The position numbers and the translations under genes were made by a program. The notes beneath the pieces were generated by a model. That model searched no databases and had not been told where the DNA came from. It saw only the letters and a program-made list of their open reading frames with translations. A stretch of 64,000 bases of DNA from Eledone cirrhosa. Taxonomy: Eukaryota. The stretch lies in contig OZ024742.1 of the NCBI GenBank assembly GCA_964016885.1, positions 170,314,001 to 170,378,000 on the forward strand, written 5' to 3'. Below, one piece after another: positions 52,535 through 64,000 of this stretch (position 1 is the first letter of the stretch; every line of letters begins with the position of its first letter).

Positions 52535-53440
52535 TAGGGTGCGGACGATATTTGTTCGCAAGATTACTGTCTAGGAAAAAATAACACAGTAGTTTTATTT
52601 TTTAAGATATATTTATCAAACTTGGGTCAGTTTGTCTTCATGACTTGTTCTTTCGATCTCACTCGATAAACTCGCCATTGGCTTTGATGACAGCCTCAAG
52701 GCGGTCTCGGAACCGGCTACAGGCCTTCGTCACTGTCCCCCGACTTAGGCCCCTAAAGGCACTTGTGATCCTGGCCTTCAGATCGTCTTTCGTATTGCAG
52801 CTAGATCTGTTGGTGTCTCGTTCCTCTGCGCCCCACACAAAGAAGTCGAGGGGGTTGCAGTCAGGCGAGCTGGGAGGCCAGATGTCAGGTGAAGTGTGGT
52901 CGACAAAGTTCTCGGACAGCCAGGCTTGGGTCTTTTGGCTGGTATGGCAGGGCGCTGAGTCTTGCTGCCACATGTACGGCCTACCTGCAACCTAATGAGC
53001 TTTTCATCCACACCTTTCTCCCTTGCAATGGCACGCATCGACTTGCTAAGTTCATTGTTGATGATATCCTGAACTTCAGCGACGAACTCGGGCGTTCTGA
53101 AGGCGTCAGATTGTCGATCATGTGTTTTCCTCTCTGATGTTGCTTCGTAGTCGAATCCTGAATCTTCCAATTCCTTTCTGACCTTTTCCACCATTCTCCT
53201 GATGATGCTGAGAAAGTCTGAAATTTCCTTATTTGTCTTCTCGGCGCGGATTCCAAGAAGAACTCCGTGTCTCTTCCACAAATTTGGAGGTTCAAAATTA
53301 TTCATAATCAATTATTCTGAAAATAAATAATGGAAATATAGTCACTGTTTTTATGAAGACAAGAGTGATTCAACGGAAGTAAAAAAAATTTGCATAAAAT
53401 TAGCAGTTGAAAATTGCGAACAAATATCGTCCGCACTCTG
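52535..53440 (-). mobile_element. Tc1/mariner superfamily DD37D (maT) transposon, internally deleted
   Basis: ~27-bp TIRs (tagggtgcggacgatatttgttcgcaa and its near complement) flanked by TA. N-terminal HTH-like ORF from 53311; C-terminal WQQDSAPCH...WPPSSPDCNPLD with 37 residues between the two Asp. Confidence 0.92.
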
Positions 53441-53447
53441 TATATAT

Positions 53448-53740
53448 ATCATCATCATCATTTTACGTCTGCTTTTCCCTGCTTGCAAGGGTGGGACGGG
53501 AACTGATTCTGGCTTGATTTCTACAGCTGGATGCCCTTCCTAACACCAACCTCATTTACAGTGAGTGCTGGGTGCTTCTTTGCCGTGGCACCTACACGAC
53601 CACTTTGCAGTGGAATGATATGGACCCCAGTCCTATCATCTCATTTTTACAGCTGAGTTAACTGGAGCAATGTGAAATAAAGTGTCTTGCTCAAGGAAAC
53701 AACACATCACCCAGTCTGAGAATTGAACTCACAACCTTTC
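53448..53740 (-). mobile_element. 5'-truncated CORE-type SINE with RTE tail
   Basis: Same sequence as 51872-52222 but stops just past the B-box. Confidence 0.88.
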
Positions 53741-54539
53741 AATAAATAGTGATCATATATGTAGATTTTATAAGATCATTGCTCTTCATATTAAGTTTAT
53801 AATGTATTTTATTTCAAATGTGACCCTGCTATCTTCTGGCTTTCTCATGACAGTTTATTCTGTATGTTTTATTATTAGCAAATTATGAAGTTTTTAAAGG
53901 TAGACTATTGGGTGTGTGTGTGTGCGCGCGGTTGAAAAAGAGAGAGAAGGGGAAGATAAGACTTTATTTTTTTGTTTCAGCTATATCTGTTCTCATCTGT
54001 CTCCATGGAATCTCATAGAAGCATTGCACATGTTTTTGTTTCCCTTTTAAGGATGACAGCTACCTAGGGGAATTGTTAGTATATGGGGGAAGTTGTTTAT
54101 AATTGGCTGATTTACCAATTGCGCACACACACATATAAGAGCGAGAAAGCGAGAGTGTGTGTGATAGCAACAGGAAAAGCTAGATAGGATTCAGACATCA
54201 GGTTTATTTGTCTGACTTGGATTAACAACCCTATTCATGTTACACTCAGTTAATATGCATTTCATGGGAGCAGGGGAAGGAGGGGATTGTCTGTTTCTTT
54301 AGTTAACCCTTTCCTTAGCATATTTTCATGACAGGCACTGCCTATAATTTTTTTCTGAATAATTTTGGAGGAATTTAGTAAATAAAATAACTAACTTTCT
54401 CTCAATTTATCTAGTGTTTGGGATATAACTTAGTTTCATACATAAAATTATAATGTATGGTTTTAATAAAATAAATATAAACTTTTTAGAATAAACATAT
54501 TTATATTATGGAACTAGGAGCAGTTTCAGTTTGATCTGC

Positions 54540-55080
54540 TTTTTATTATGTCCACAAGAGTGTTGGCTACAAAGTTTGGCTAGATGTGGTTCCGCCACAG
54601 CTGAACACATTGCTGTCTTTTCTAATTAAACTCTGCCAAGTCCAATGCTGTGTGTTCCAGCAGGGGGCATATTAGGAGGTGCTGTGTAGTTTGTGGTTTG
54701 ATGCCGCAGTCACACAACGTTCTCGTCCTTTAAATATCCCCATTTTGCCAGATTGGCTTTTGCACAACCAACACCGGATCTTAATCTGTTGAGGCATTTC
54801 CACACTGCACAGTTTGTATCTGCTGGGGGGCTCACTTTCCTATAGCTCCATTGTTGTTACAGATGGGAGGTTGCTAAGTTTTTCTTCCTAGTGAGTGTCT
54901 CTTTCACTACTTATGCTTGATGTTCCAAGGGGTGTGACGCTCTTAAGGAAATTTTTCCTGGATTTAAGGCGGTTTTTGACTGACACATGGCCGAAGAGAG
55001 GATGTTTTTTGATCTGTAGTCTGTTGTTCATACCAGTATGGTTAAAATGAGGACTCTTGAAGTAATCTATCAATTGACTA
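54540..55080 (-). mobile_element. 3' fragment of a Vingi/Ingi-like (I group) non-LTR retrotransposon
   Basis: HPLFGHVSVKNRLKSRKNFL, VWKCLNRLRSGVGCAKANLAKWGY and, after a frameshift, the CDCG...QTTQHLLICP CCHC knuckle; short A-rich 3' end. Confidence 0.75.
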
Positions 55081-56375
55081 TTTCAAATTTATGGTATCTG
55101 TGTTCGACTAATGTTAGACGGAACAAAATACCAAATATCATCATCACTGTTTAACATCCGTTTTCCATGCTTCCATGGGTTAGACGAGTTGTCTTGTGAG
55201 AAAAGTCAGATCAAGTGACCATGACTTGCTCACACAGAACTGTTTCTGGCTTGGTTTATACGGCTGGATGCCCTTACTAATGCCAACTACATTTACAGCA
55301 TGGACTAGGTGCTTTTTATCATGGCACCAAAACGAATCTTTATAGTGTGGACTGGGTACTTTTTTTATCGTGTCACCTTGACCATCTTTCAGTGGGGACC
55401 AGGCACTTTTTATCTTGTCACATATAGAATTACTCAGTTTTTCTTAGCTTAATCCTTTAAATACCAACATGCCAAAAACAGTGTGGACTGGGTACTTCTA
55501 GTCATGGCAACTGCATGACCACTTTAGTGTGGGCTGGACACTTTTTGTCATGTCACTGGGTGAACACTTCAGCTTGTCCTCATGGGAAATGTATGGTAAA
55601 AAAGTTAATAACAGAAAAGTTAATTATTTTACTAAATTCTTTTAAGTTCATAGACAATATCTTTCACTAGAAATACAGTTGGACACATACACATGTTTGT
55701 GTGTGTGTGTATATATATTTCTAAGCAGTCATTGAAGAGATTTTTAACCATTATGCAGAAGTGAAGTATTTTTCAAAGTTGGTTATAAATAGGTTTACCA
55801 AAAGGAATAATAAAGCAATGTTTAAATGTCTCACAATCTGATGGCAGGAATTCATAGCTAACACTAATGGTTGATTCAATATATTTCACACATGTTTGCA
55901 GTGTTTCCAGTTTTTTTTAGTTTTTTTTAATGAGAAAGATGCTGGCTGAAAATGTGTTAAGCGCAAGTTATTTGATAAAGCAGTCTTTCTCTCTCCCTGT
56001 CTAACTACTGCAGCATATGTTATGTACAATTTTAATCATTACCCTGAATTTGAAATAAATTTAAAATCTGCTGCTGTCCTACATAAATGTTTTTAGAATC
56101 ATTTGATTTCAGTAATATTTTTCTTAAACCCAACGTTTTTCTCCAAATAAAAATATGGTTTACTATGTTTAGTCATTTTTTATATTTTCTTTTTATGATG
56201 CTTGTAGATTTTTCTCTACATCTGCTCTCTGTTGGCAAAATTTATTGATTGTATTGGATTTTTTTTCTTCCACCACTCAAATGCTACAATCCCACAAAAC
56301 CATTGTAAATTTCTTATTTAGAATTCATGGAGCACAAATATAGGGGGCGGTGTTCTAAAACAGTCTCTGCCAACA

Positions 56376-56631
<256 letters not shown>

Positions 56632-57189
56632 TTGTGAGAATTGATCTCAAATCACTGAAACTCACAGAGATGATGATAGAGGAATGGTGTATTGGAAAAA
56701 GACCTGTCCAACCCATGCAAGCATAGAAAAGCTGATGTAAAATGATAATAATAATGATATACACATCCACACAATCCCCAAACATGGCTATCATCATCAT
56801 CATCATCTTCGTTTAACGTCCATCTTCCATGCTAGCATGGGTTAGACGGGAGTTGTCCCACTTGAGGCAAGATTGGTCGGGTGACCGTGTCTCGCTCATA
56901 TAGGACTGTCTGGCAGGTTTCTACGGCTGGATGCCCTTCCTAACACCAACCACATTTACAGTGTGGAACTAGGAACTTTTTATCGTGTTACCTACACGGC
57001 CACATTACAGCATGGACTGTGTTTTTTTTCCTTGTGACACCTACATGATCTCGATCTCATTATCTCATTTATTTGGACTGGATGTTGTGGTACCAACTTT
57101 ACAGAGAGGGTGGTGTTGGTGGGAGTGGGAGGATAGAGTAGGGGTAGTGGATTGGGGTGTATATTTGGTTAAGAGGTGCCTACTGACTG

Positions 57190-57370
57190 TAGGTTTCGCT
57201 TTGTACATAGGCAAGGCAGGTCTTCTGTATTACTGCGTAGCGCCAAAGATCTTGGTCCAATGACATTGTCTTAGAGTGGTGCAAGTGTGTAAGGTCGGAA
57301 TTTATCAGATCGTCCCAGGTTTTTCTGGGTCTACCTATTCTGTAACTACCATCAATTTTGATCGCCCTTT
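57190..57370 (-). mobile_element. RTE LINE 3' fragment (different subfamily)
   Basis: GSYRIGRPRKTWDDLINSDL...DQDLWRYAVIQKT. Confidence 0.7.
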
Positions 57371-57859
57371 TTTTTTTATTACAAATTAATAAAGAACCCA
57401 AATATTATTTATTCCATCTGTAAAACATCATCGCATTGACTTTTCCATAGTCGCATGGGCTGGATTGGACTTTATGAAGCAGTGTTACCAACCAACCTTT
57501 TTAGTCGTTTCATACAATAGAGATACTACAGTGTACTTATTCTAAACCAAATACACATCATCATCATCATCTCGTTTAACGTCCATCTTCCATGCTAGCA
57601 TGGGTTAGACATGGTGAAATGATATCATAATTTTGTTCTTTAGATATAAAAATGTAATTTATTTATATATGAACCATTTGTGATGAATATATTTTGTTTG
57701 TTGGATAAAGTTATCCTTTTTGTTTTAAATTGAATATCTACAGTATGTGATCTGGTTGTTAAAATAACAATCATGTGGTCATGAGTGAAATTCTTGGAGT
57801 GGTCTTTGTGTTGTATACATAAATAAGACATTTCATTTCACATTACTATGTGTGATGTG

Positions 57860-58330
57860 TGGGGCTTCTATCATTAAAACACAGAAGAAACCTCCTGTGA
57901 TTATAATCTCAGGAGAGGACAGCTTAATCTACATAGGTGTGCACTGTACATTGCATGATAGAGCTGAGGCCACTATGATTAAAACACATAAGAAACCTAT
58001 ACGATGCAATTTTGTAGGAGGCCAGCTAAACCTACATAGCTGTGTGCTAAGACTGGGGCTCTTAGGAACCTATGTGATGCAACCTTGTATGAGGCCAGCT
58101 AAACCTACATATGTGGGAACTGTAAATACAACATATTAGAACTGAGACTCCTATCATTAAAACATAAAAACACCTGAGAAAATTCCTGCGAGATACAACT
58201 TTGTATGAGACCAACTAAACCTATATAGGTGTGAGCTGTAACAACATTATAGGACTGGGATCCCAATTTTAACACATCTGTGATACAACTTTGTATGAGG
58301 CCAGCTAAACCTACATAGGTGTGAGCTGTA
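57860..58330 (+). repeat. Tandem ~100-bp repeat module shared with CORE-SINE variants
   Basis: 4-5 degenerate copies of gatacaactttgtatgaggccagctaaacctacataggtgtgagctgtaac...; the same module occurs near 16580, 21420-21660 (-), 22440-22550 (-), 27130-27300 (-), 45520-45700 and 48220-48365. Confidence 0.75.
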
Positions 58331-58461
58331 AATTTGAAATGGCTTGCTTTCCTATTGTTTCATATTCTCATGTTTTTGATTTTCAGATTAGTTTTTCTAC
58401 ACGTTTCATATTTCCAGAATGTTTACTTATATGTATATATATATATATTTGTCTAATTCAG

Positions 58462-58653
58462 GTAACAGAATTGGCACCGATGCGTTCATTACTTGAGTGT
58501 CTAAAAGAATCCTCACTACGTTTAGATTTTCCTGTTTTGCGGCTTTGTGACTTTTCCCAGCAAATCTGTGATGGAATGGCATATTTAGAAAGTAAACGTC
58601 TCATTCACAGAGATTTAGCAGCTCGTAACATTTTGGTGTTTAGCAAGAACAAG
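58462..58653 (+). CDS. PR2: Ack/PR2-like tyrosine kinase, coding exon C (hinge to catalytic loop)
   Basis: ttcAG acceptor, GTAAGA donor at 58654; 192 nt, phase 0/0; [16 protein letters not shown]...[39 protein letters not shown] is the tyrosine-kinase catalytic loop. Confidence 0.95.
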
Positions 58654-60450
58654 GTAAGATGATTTTCTAACATTCATTTATAACCATTAAACATCCAATT
58701 TCTCTGTCTTCATCTAATATAGTATTAACATCCTGTAATGATTTAACAGAAAATATCTAAAAATAGGTTTAGTTCAAATGTTTATAGTATTTTCACGAGT
58801 GGAAAGATTGTGAAAATTTGAAGCATTAGAGTAAACACTTTAATATTTAATGTGATGCAGTCATAGTGATGTTTTATTCTAAATGTTTATAGAATCTTGT
58901 TAACAGAGTATTATAGAAATTTACATAAGCTAAAGATTAAAATTTTTTATGTCATATGGTCACAGTGTTTTTTTTTTTTTGTACTTTTCTGGAATAACTT
59001 GCTAATGTGGTTTCATGTGATACAAGGCATTACGAGTTAACTTATTGTAATCTTCTTGAGTTGCCCCACCCTCAATTTTGGTTGACAGTTGTAACTCTGT
59101 ATTGAAAGCTATATAAACATAATTGCATCTTAAAGAAGATTGCTTACATTCATTCACCTTACGTGAACAGTTTTGACCAACATTCATTGGGTGTTTCGAC
59201 CTTAACTGTAATGCCCTTTCATTTGTGAATCAGCAGTGGTGGCAAATCACTGCCCATCTTCTGGCTTCCAGCTTATCTCCTCTCTCCTGCTCCATAGCCA
59301 ACAACAAGCCCTTTCTGCAACCTCCCCCATATAATATTTAACAGTAGAGTATTGTCAGTCTATATAAACGTGTGTTGTAATGGCTGAGTTCTTTAGGCAG
59401 TCACTGAAGCTTTAAGAAACTTTTGATCTGAACATAATAACTGGAACTATTTATTGTGAAGTATTTGATGTGAGCGCTACATATGATACCAAGCTATTTA
59501 TAGCTGTCCATGGCTGTATTTGGTTTAGTTGGTACTAAGGTAGTTATGGCTGTATATGGTATAGTTGATATTGAGGTAGTTATAGATGTTGTGTTGTGGG
59601 AGAGACGTAAATTGTGGAATAACTTACTTTTAAATGTATTGGTTGATAGGAATAAATAAAATATTCATGACATAATGTTGTAATAAAGGTTAGGGTATTG
59701 GACTTAGTTATGATGTTGTGGCTTCAATTCCTAGATTACTAACAAGCATTTTATGGCTAGTTTTCCCTGCAAAAGCAGGGGTTAGCATTGCAGACCCCCC
59801 TAACAATACTTCATGTTCATTATGGGATCCTTTGTGAAGCAATGTTTTATGGCTGGAAGTCCTTGGTGCCAACCTTTTTTGTTGCCTCTTACAACATGGT
59901 TACAGTGTACCTATTCTAAACCAGATACACACAGCAAACACGGTTGCAGTGTACCTATTGTAAACCCTAATTACACACAGTAACACAGGGATACAGAGTA
60001 TCCATTCTATTCCAGATACACACAGTAACACAGGGATAGTGTGCCTGTTCTAAACCAGATACGGAGAATGGAGGGAATACAACTGGAAAGAAATATTTCT
60101 AGTTACCGATACTTCATTGTTATTGTTGGGTAGAATCATTTTATCCGGCCTGGCATTCATATAATAAAGACAAAATTAAATGCTATGGGATGGCCCACAA
60201 ATCTAACACTGATAGACTATATAACTCTGTTTTACAAATTGTCTTTAGCTTGTTTTTTTTTAAAATATGTAACTGGATATCTTTCTTCATATCGTCTGAA
60301 AGATATGACTGCATGTGGTAAGATTTTATACTATATTATGTTATACTTCACTGCTCGTAGTGGCAATGTATATACAATAATTCTGCCAAAACTCAGATTT
60401 TCTTCATGATTTTAATTTTTTATTTTTTTTTATTTTTCTTTCCTCTCCAG

Positions 60451-60548
60451 GTAAAGATAAGTGACTTTGGATTGTCTCGAGCTCTTGGAGTTGGCAAAGA
60501 CTATTACCAGAGTAATTTCACTATAAATCTAAAACTTCCAATTGCTTG
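60451..60548 (+). CDS. PR2: Ack/PR2-like tyrosine kinase, coding exon D (DFG and activation loop)
   Basis: Long pyrimidine tract and ccAG acceptor, GTGAGT donor at 60549 (phase 2); VKISDFGLSRALGVGKDYYQSNFTINLKLPIA(W). From memory this closely matches the Drosophila PR2/Ack-like activation segment. Confidence 0.93.
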
Positions 60549-60984
60549 GTGAGTCAGTACTTTCATCATATTTTCACAAATGTTTTTTTGGTTTGAAGTA
60601 AATTTAAGCTTGCTTCCATTGCTTTTGTTGAACCACTGTAATGTTGTATCTCTGCCAGAGGATTATTTTATTAGCATTAAAATGTCATTATAACTAACTT
60701 GCTTCAGTATCAAGTTTAAGTTTGTTTTGGTACTTCTACGCTGGTGGGTGCAGTGTGCTTGAATTAAATTTCTCTTAGCTCTCCTTTCTCCATTTTATTT
60801 GCACTGTAATAAAGAAATTTAAGTATACCATGGGTTCTGTTATGTGACCATTCTTTTAACATCTTTTGGTTACATAAATGAAGGCTTTAACCATTTTGAT
60901 ACCAACCTGCCTGAAATAGGCCCTCATTCTATGATACAACACTGTTTATTTCAAAGTGTTTATGTTTATCAAAAAACCTTTTCC

Positions 60985-61400
60985 ATTCTGGCAAGGTTGA
61001 GCAGGTCACCATGATTCGTGTCAAGACAGGTTAGAGAACTATATCTTGGTCTTGCATTCTATTTTTGGCATGTTTTCTACAGCTGGATGCACTTCGAAAT
61101 GCCAACCACTTAAAGAGTACTGAATACATTTTATTGTGGCACTTTACAGTGTACTGGATGCATTTTATGGTGCCAGCATTACCACTGTACAGAGTGCACT
61201 AGATGCATTTTATTGTGGCACAAGCACTATCACTTTAGAGTGTGCTGGGTGCATTTTAACAGGACACCAGCATAACCACTTTACAGGGTGTACTGGGTGC
61301 ATTTTAGCATGACACCAACACTACCACTTTACAGAGTGTATTGGATATATTTTATTGTGGCACTAGCACTACCACTTTACAGAGTGAACTGGGTGCAGTA
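60985..61400 (-). mobile_element. RTE-tailed element with about 7 tandem ~43-bp monomers
   Basis: tttctacagctggatgcacttcgaaatgccaaccact followed by the monomer array. Confidence 0.7.
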
Positions 61401-62719
61401 GATTATTTGGAATGCATATGTTCTCAATTGAATTTACTTCATGAGAGCATTGAGAGGTACATCCAATGAATGATATGTTTTATCTTGATACATAGTTGTC
61501 CAAATATTTATTTTAAAGCAGATCCCACTTGGTTTTTCTCTTATTATTGACAGCCATCAAAAATTCATTTAATGGCTGTTTTTTGTCATGCTTTGCATGT
61601 GTCAGTTAGGCTTGTCCTATTACATTATTATACCAATGGTTTGAGAAGTATGGGGTTGTTATGAGTATGAAATTGTAATTGGAGCTGAGATGTCATAGCT
61701 GCATGCTCTTTTTTTATGCCAGCCACTGTATGTTGTAGGGAGAGAAAGAGAGGATATTAAAAAAGTACAACAGCTACTACAACAAAACTATAAAATTTAA
61801 CTGAATTATCTATGATATATAATATTAGTCTGCTGAAATATATCAAATAGATTTTGTTTAGATTAATTGCAAGACTTATCTTATATACTTGACTATAAGC
61901 CGAGGAATATGGGACCAAAAAATTGATTGTAAAATGGGTCAGTTTATATTCAGGGTTAATATTTTGACAATCTTCTCCATTTCAAATTTTACGTTAATAA
62001 GGTGCTAAAATATCTGGAGTGATAATTTCACAATGAAACAGTTTTTCTATATCTACTATATCACTGTTGGTTTTTATTTATGCATTCTGTTAAAAATATT
62101 TCCATCAAATTTGTATAATTTGAACTTTTTAATACATAAATATCCCATACACATGTACTCCTGCATATGCGCACACACATACATCTATTTCTCTTTCAAT
62201 CTTCTGATTTGATTTTATTGCCCTCTTCTTTTTTTTTCTTGCTCTGCCTCTCCTATCTCTCACTAGCTGTCTCTCCCTCCCTATACAAAGTTCTCTTATT
62301 CGATCTTTTGCTTTCAAAATATTCCTCACACACATTTAGAACAGTAGATTTCCAAAGTCTCTTTGTCATAAACACATTTTACACCTGCTTTCTCCATGCT
62401 TGAATAATTTGGATGAGGTTTCATGTTGTCCTGCTTCTTGTCAATCATTTGTCACCTGGTATGCATGCGCCACATGTATGCATTCACACACACACACACA
62501 CACACAAAACAGAAAATTCCCAAACCCTATGAGCTAGGTTTCTGTGTGTGTGAGGGGGTGACTTTCCTATCACCAACATCTATATAATTGTTTCTACTTT
62601 TGGCACAAGGCCAGCAATTATCCCAGTGCATTTCTGGTACTTTATTTTATCGACGCCATAACTATGCTGCAAAGCATGTTGTTTGACACTACTGATACTG
62701 CCAATCCACAGACTGGGCT

Positions 62720-64000
62720 CATATCGTTGTGCCACCAGCAGTTTAACACATGTCCATCTCCTTGTGAAGTTCAATCTCCTGAGATGTGTTCACCACTTCT
62801 TCCCAAGTCTTTTTTAGTCTTCTTTCTGCAGGTACCTTTCATTGGGCTTGTTTAGTATTTCCAGTCTTCTCTCAATTCATTTGCACATCCAGCAGAGCAT
62901 GCTTGGTTTATTTATTTTTAGCTTTCACACATCCTTAGCATTCAGGGAATATGATTTATTACCATACAACATTGCACTTTCTACCCTAATATCATACAAT
63001 CAGAGAGAGAATCCCTTTGTTGTCATCATAGGTAATAGCTCTTTAACAGTTTCCTCCCATGTTTTCAGAATATCAGCCACCACTGTTGATTAGGTCCCCA
63101 AGGTAACTGAAGCTGTTTACTTTTAGGAAGCCTTCTAGGCATTTGAAAGTATTTATTTCAGGGTACTTTTATTGCTAACTTCCCCCATGTTATCTGCTCG
63201 AGTATTCCCTCTTTTTTGCTAGGCTATCTGACTATCCTACTACATCTCTTGTTCAGCCATATTTTGCATTACATACACAATATAGAATTCCTACCAACAC
63301 CTTTCCTGAGTATCAAACATTGTAATATAGCTTTGTATTTATTTCTGACAACTAAATCTTGTCTTAGTTATAGCCAAACATAGCAAGAGAATCGAGAATC
63401 AAGAGATTGAAAACAAAAACCTAGCTAAGTCACCAACATTCAGGAGTTACTGTGGGCAGTATGTGAACTAGACCATCAGCATTCAGGGGTTCTAACGGGT
63501 AGTATGAGAAATAAGATACCAGCATTCAGGAGCTATCATGGGCTGTATGAGAACTGTACCCAGCATTCAGGAGTTATCATGAGCAGTATGAGAAATAGGC
63601 CATCAGCATTCAGGAATTCCTATGGACAGCTAGTTATGAACTGCTCTTCAGCTTTAACTCTTTCTGTTACTTTTATAATTTTGTCCATTAATTTGATGTC
63701 TGTATAGTTGCTTCTTTCTAGAGTATCTCTTTTGTCCTTGTAGCAATTGACAATGATACTGCGATATCAGTCATTAGAAATGACACCTCTCATTCTACCA
63801 TATTAACTACACTGTGTGTAATTCATCTACTTCTCCAGATACTTTCAACATCTCAGTGTTTTTCCTCTTTTAACTGTAAAGCTGTTAATATCAATCACTG
63901 GTCTTTCTGTTGGATTTACTTGACAGATTCCTCTCTGTCTTCTACAGATTCTCTCCTCTTCCAGCAATCATAGCAGTATTTCATCTCAGCATCAGTGAGA
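62720..64000 (-). mobile_element. Old, heavily decayed RTE LINE fragment with an inserted tandem repeat at 63430-63640
   Basis: Recognisable homology to 32380-35110 (ttgcacatccagcagagcatgcttg, ggagaatccctttgttg, ttgtagcaattgacaat); ccagcattcaggagtt repeats interrupt it. Confidence 0.7.

Overview
AT-rich, repeat-dense animal genomic DNA. The repeat content (CORE-type tRNA SINEs, RTE LINEs with (ATG)n tails, TA/CA/CT microsatellites) suggests a coleoid cephalopod such as Octopus; this is inference. The window lies inside one large + strand gene encoding an Ack-family non-receptor tyrosine kinase most like Drosophila PR2/Ack-like. Four GT-AG exons (28555-28761, 47720-47872, 58462-58653, 60451-60548) join in frame and cover the kinase domain from the Gly-rich loop to the LPIAW motif; no other exons were found. 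The introns hold decayed RTE, CR1/L2-like, Vingi/Ingi-like and CRE-like retrotransposon pieces, an internally deleted DD37D (maT) transposon, three TTAA-flanked piggyBac-type MITE families, several modular SINE families and minisatellites. The most notable observations are a SINE/RTE-LINE pair sharing a 3' tail with a covarying stem, a decayed hammerhead-like core inside a TA-embedded foldback element, a loopless SINE-in-SINE palindrome, exon starts that regenerate 5' splice sites, and a candidate 360-nt in-frame circRNA. No prokaryotic features or CRISPR array were found.
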